A program made the position numbers and the translations under genes. From the IMG/VR virus record IMGVR_UViG_3300035208_004923, positions 288,001-352,000 of that record: 64,000 bases of DNA; one strand, 5' to 3'. This document shows, piece by piece, positions 61,380 through 64,000 of the stretch (position 1 is the first letter of the stretch; each line of letters starts with the position of its first letter). The notes beneath the pieces were generated by a model. It ran no database searches. It saw nothing but the letters and a program-made list of their open reading frames with translations, and was not told where the DNA came from. This DNA is from a virus (taxonomy: Duplodnaviria > Caudoviricetes).

Positions 61380-62126
61380 ATGAAAAACAGAATACCAGCA
61401 TTTGATGACTTCATAGTTGAACGAGAATTTCCATTTACAGATACATCATTTGTTACACGGATTCTTACTAAATTAAAATCTCAAATTTTAGAAAAAAATT
61501 TAGGAAACCTTGAAGTTGAAACAATTTTAAATAAAGCATTTAGAAGTTTTTTAGTTTCTTTTGAAAGTAACAGTGGACAATCTGCATTTGATGATATGAC
61601 TAGAGTCGGACTGATTCAATCACGAATTGACCAAGACGGCAACATAATTGTTGATTATGCAGATTATTTTTATGAAACATTTGAAGACGAAGAATTATAT
61701 GATGAATTTGGAACAGTTCTTGCAAGAATTCTTGCGCATGAAAGAACGCATGCAGGCCAATTAGATAAAATACGAATGGGAAGAAATTCTTATGACTTTT
61801 ACAACATTTTAGGAAAAATAGGTAAAGACCCATCAAACCGTTTTAAATATTTGTCAAGCAAACAAGAAATGATGGCATTTGCGGTTGAATGCGTAGAAGA
61901 ATTCAGAGGAATGGGATATTCCGATTCTGATATTTTACGTAAAATTAAAACACCGTTTAAAGACTATCAAGAATCCAATATTTTCTATTTATACATTGAC
62001 TATTTCGATTATAGAGGTCATGTATTCGATAACGACGAAAAGGAAAGAAAAAAATGCAAAGACGTAATTGACGGATTCTTAAAATATATGTATCAATATA
62101 TAACAAAACCGAAATCTTTAGAATAA
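61380..62126 (+). CDS. RIPT-leader protein with zincin-like HExxH metallopeptidase motif
   Basis: MKNRIPAFDDFIVER; ILAHERTHAGQ...Y....QEMMAFA; start moved to 61380. Confidence 0.75.
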   Translation: MKNRIPAFDDFIVEREFPFTDTSFVTRILTKLKSQILEKNLGNLEVETILNKAFRSFLVSFESNSGQSAFDDMTRVGLIQSRIDQDGNIIVDYADYFYETFEDEELYDEFGTVLARILAHERTHAGQLDKIRMGRNSYDFYNILGKIGKDPSNRFKYLSSKQEMMAFAVECVEEFRGMGYSDSDILRKIKTPFKDYQESNIFYLYIDYFDYRGHVFDNDEKERKKCKDVIDGFLKYMYQYITKPKSLE

Positions 62127-62590
62127 TGCAATTTAAACAACTATTAAATATGAATGAAGCAAAACAAATTTGGAACAAAAAAGTGTTCCTAGGTGGCACA
62201 TGTAATGAATCTAAATGGCGTGATGAATTAATCAAAAAACTTAAGATTGACTATTTCAATCCAGTTGTTCCAGATTGGACCGAAGAATGCTATCAAGAAG
62301 AATTAAGACAACGGGAATCATGCGATTTTTGTTTGTACGTTATTACACCAAAAATGACAGGCAGTTATTCAATTGCTGAAGTAGTTGACGATTCAAATAA
62401 ACGTCCAGAAAAAACTGTTTTTTGTTTTGTTTCAACAGATGAAGATAAAGAATTCGATAAAGCACAAAACAAAAGTTTGGATAAAGTTGGCGTAATGGTT
62501 GCATCTAATGGCGGTACTTATTTGAAATCATTAGATGAAGTTGCAAACTTTTTAAACATGGAATATTACATAGAGAATAATGAAAAATAG
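62126..62590 (+). CDS. Nucleoside 2-deoxyribosyltransferase-like protein with degenerate leader
   Basis: MQFKQLLNMNEA; KVFLGGTC..S.WR..LI, YFNP, CDFCLYVITP, YSIAE. Confidence 0.75.
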   Translation: MQFKQLLNMNEAKQIWNKKVFLGGTCNESKWRDELIKKLKIDYFNPVVPDWTEECYQEELRQRESCDFCLYVITPKMTGSYSIAEVVDDSNKRPEKTVFCFVSTDEDKEFDKAQNKSLDKVGVMVASNGGTYLKSLDEVANFLNMEYYIENNEK

Positions 62591-63590
62591 AATACCTACA
62601 TTTGAATCATTTGAATTTAATGATTGCACACAATTATTTGAATTATCGAATAATAGTACTTTATATCATCATTCAATGGCAAAATTTAAAGTAGGTGATG
62701 TAATTACTTCACAGAAAAATGGTGATGGCGTTCATTGGCTTGCAAATGATCCAATGGAAATTGGATTAGAATTTTTCAGAAAAAAACATTATCCTGATAG
62801 ACCTTCACGTTTCGATTGCGTATATTCAAGCATAATCCCAAGAACGCGATTTTCAGACAAAGGATATTTATATGTAGTGCAACCAGTTGGAAGTCTTTTT
62901 ATGACAGATTCAATGATTATTGATAGCTTAGGCGATGAATTTATGAGAGAACGAATGACCCCGTATTATGAAACATTAACTATTAATGATTTCAAAAAAA
63001 ATCCAGAGGAAGCTGAAAGAATTCTTTCTTATTATTCTGCAAAAAGATATTGGGATGGCGTTAAATCGCTGCCTAGGGAAAGATGGGGCGATATTGAAGT
63101 ATTATCAAATTCCGCAATTGTGACACAGGTAATTGAAGATTCAGGAACAGTATTACGTCCAGGAATGGATGTTGTGGTTACGGAAGATAACATTATAGAT
63201 GTGACAATGACTATTTATAATCAGCACCCGAAAGAAAATGATACTCAATTATTCGATAATGAACAAATTGCAACAATGTTAAGTTATATTGAAAAACATA
63301 TCATAAACGGCAAATTTGAACAGCAATCTTATAATAAAAATGTCTATGATATTCGCGGGTATTTAAGAAAAGATGCAAAACTTAAAACTACATTTATACG
63401 TACAAATTTAGCAAAAAATGTGCATACGTATGATACCGTAAAAGGAAAGTATAGTTTAATAACATTCGATTTATACATCGATGGCCATTTATTCAAACGT
63501 GCAAATGAAGCACCGCTTTTCAGACTTGAAACAGCAATGTATTTGAAAAATAAAGCTTATGATATTGGTATGTATCTAAAGAAAGTTTAG
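62580..63590 (+). CDS. RIPT-leader protein with DUF2441-like (ART-fold) domain
   Basis: MKNRIPTFESFEFND; LYHHS, E.FR...YPDRPSRF.CVY, LYVV, YWDG...EVL. Confidence 0.7.
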   Translation: MKNRIPTFESFEFNDCTQLFELSNNSTLYHHSMAKFKVGDVITSQKNGDGVHWLANDPMEIGLEFFRKKHYPDRPSRFDCVYSSIIPRTRFSDKGYLYVVQPVGSLFMTDSMIIDSLGDEFMRERMTPYYETLTINDFKKNPEEAERILSYYSAKRYWDGVKSLPRERWGDIEVLSNSAIVTQVIEDSGTVLRPGMDVVVTEDNIIDVTMTIYNQHPKENDTQLFDNEQIATMLSYIEKHIINGKFEQQSYNKNVYDIRGYLRKDAKLKTTFIRTNLAKNVHTYDTVKGKYSLITFDLYIDGHLFKRANEAPLFRLETAMYLKNKAYDIGMYLKKV

Positions 63591-64000
63591 TAATACCAGC
63601 AGCCAAGGCATTCTTCGATTCTGTTATCAAATTCGTATAAATCAGATAACGTTTGCTCGCCTTCTGGAAATGGCTCGTTTGTTTCAATTTTTTGCAATAA
63701 ATCTTTAAGGTGTTTTACAAGATCTGTTCTAACTTTATTCGTTAGTTCTATTTCAACACTTTTTTCCATTACTTATTATCTATAATATCTTTGATTGCTT
63801 TTTTGTTTTTGATAAAGAATACCTCAACTCCATCTTCATCGTCAATCGAATCCAATAAACCTTTACGTTTTAAATTGTAAAGAAACACTGTTGACGCGCA
63901 GTTTTGTATTTCTAATAGCAATTCTTCTTCTGTAGGTTCTGTTAGATATAAACAAATAGTGCCGTCTTCGATAAAGTTTTTTAATGTCTTTTCGCCATAA
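63587..64000 (-). other. Small CDS 63587-63769 and the 3' end of a CDS (63769 to beyond 64000)
   Basis: ORF track plus manual translation of an open frame running off the window. Confidence 0.55.

Noticed and set aside
52975-63590. Diversity-generating retroelement or retron behind the repeated leaders
   Set aside because: No reverse transcriptase and no adenine-specific TR/VR pair; similarity is confined to about 14 N-terminal codons.
1-64000. Stop-codon reassignment, as in some large Bacteroidota phages
   Set aside because: Genes are full length and tightly packed in the standard code, and TAG ends genes at sensible positions (e.g. 3839, 5515, 18153).

Overview
AT-rich, densely coding 64-kb segment of a large (jumbo-type, T4-like in regulatory logic) lytic phage of a Bacteroidota host. 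Host clues are TAnnTTTG -7 promoter boxes, absence of Shine-Dalgarno motifs, T9SS type A and B C-terminal sorting domains, BACON repeats and a VirE-N domain. No structural or core replication genes are present; this is an accessory region in the standard genetic code. It holds NAD/ADP-ribose genes (pncB, pncA, NUDIX, macrodomain, ADP-ribosylglycohydrolase, three ART-fold proteins), RNA/tRNA repair genes (Rnl2, CCA-adding enzyme, Trbp111-like, HAD), thyX, def, radical SAM enzymes, a DinG-like helicase and about 7 free-standing endonucleases. Three repeated promoter classes can be read directly. Best candidates for undescribed biology: (1) a radical-SAM operon whose RlmN/Cfr-like enzyme lacks both its resolving Cys and its C-terminal catalytic AACGQL segment, which is instead encoded as a separate 44-aa peptide three genes downstream; (2) 14 unrelated proteins sharing an N-terminal MxxRIP(T/S/N/A)(F/I/L)(D/E)(D/E)xxxE leader, probably a capsid-targeting tag for an injected effector arsenal; (3) an RNA ligase 2 gene fractured by a naturally split intein with a Vsr-like endonuclease between the halves; (4) two large unannotated structured RNAs, one with a 7-nt periodic tract, plus an aberrant tRNA-like RNA. 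All calls come from reading motifs by eye; no searches were run.
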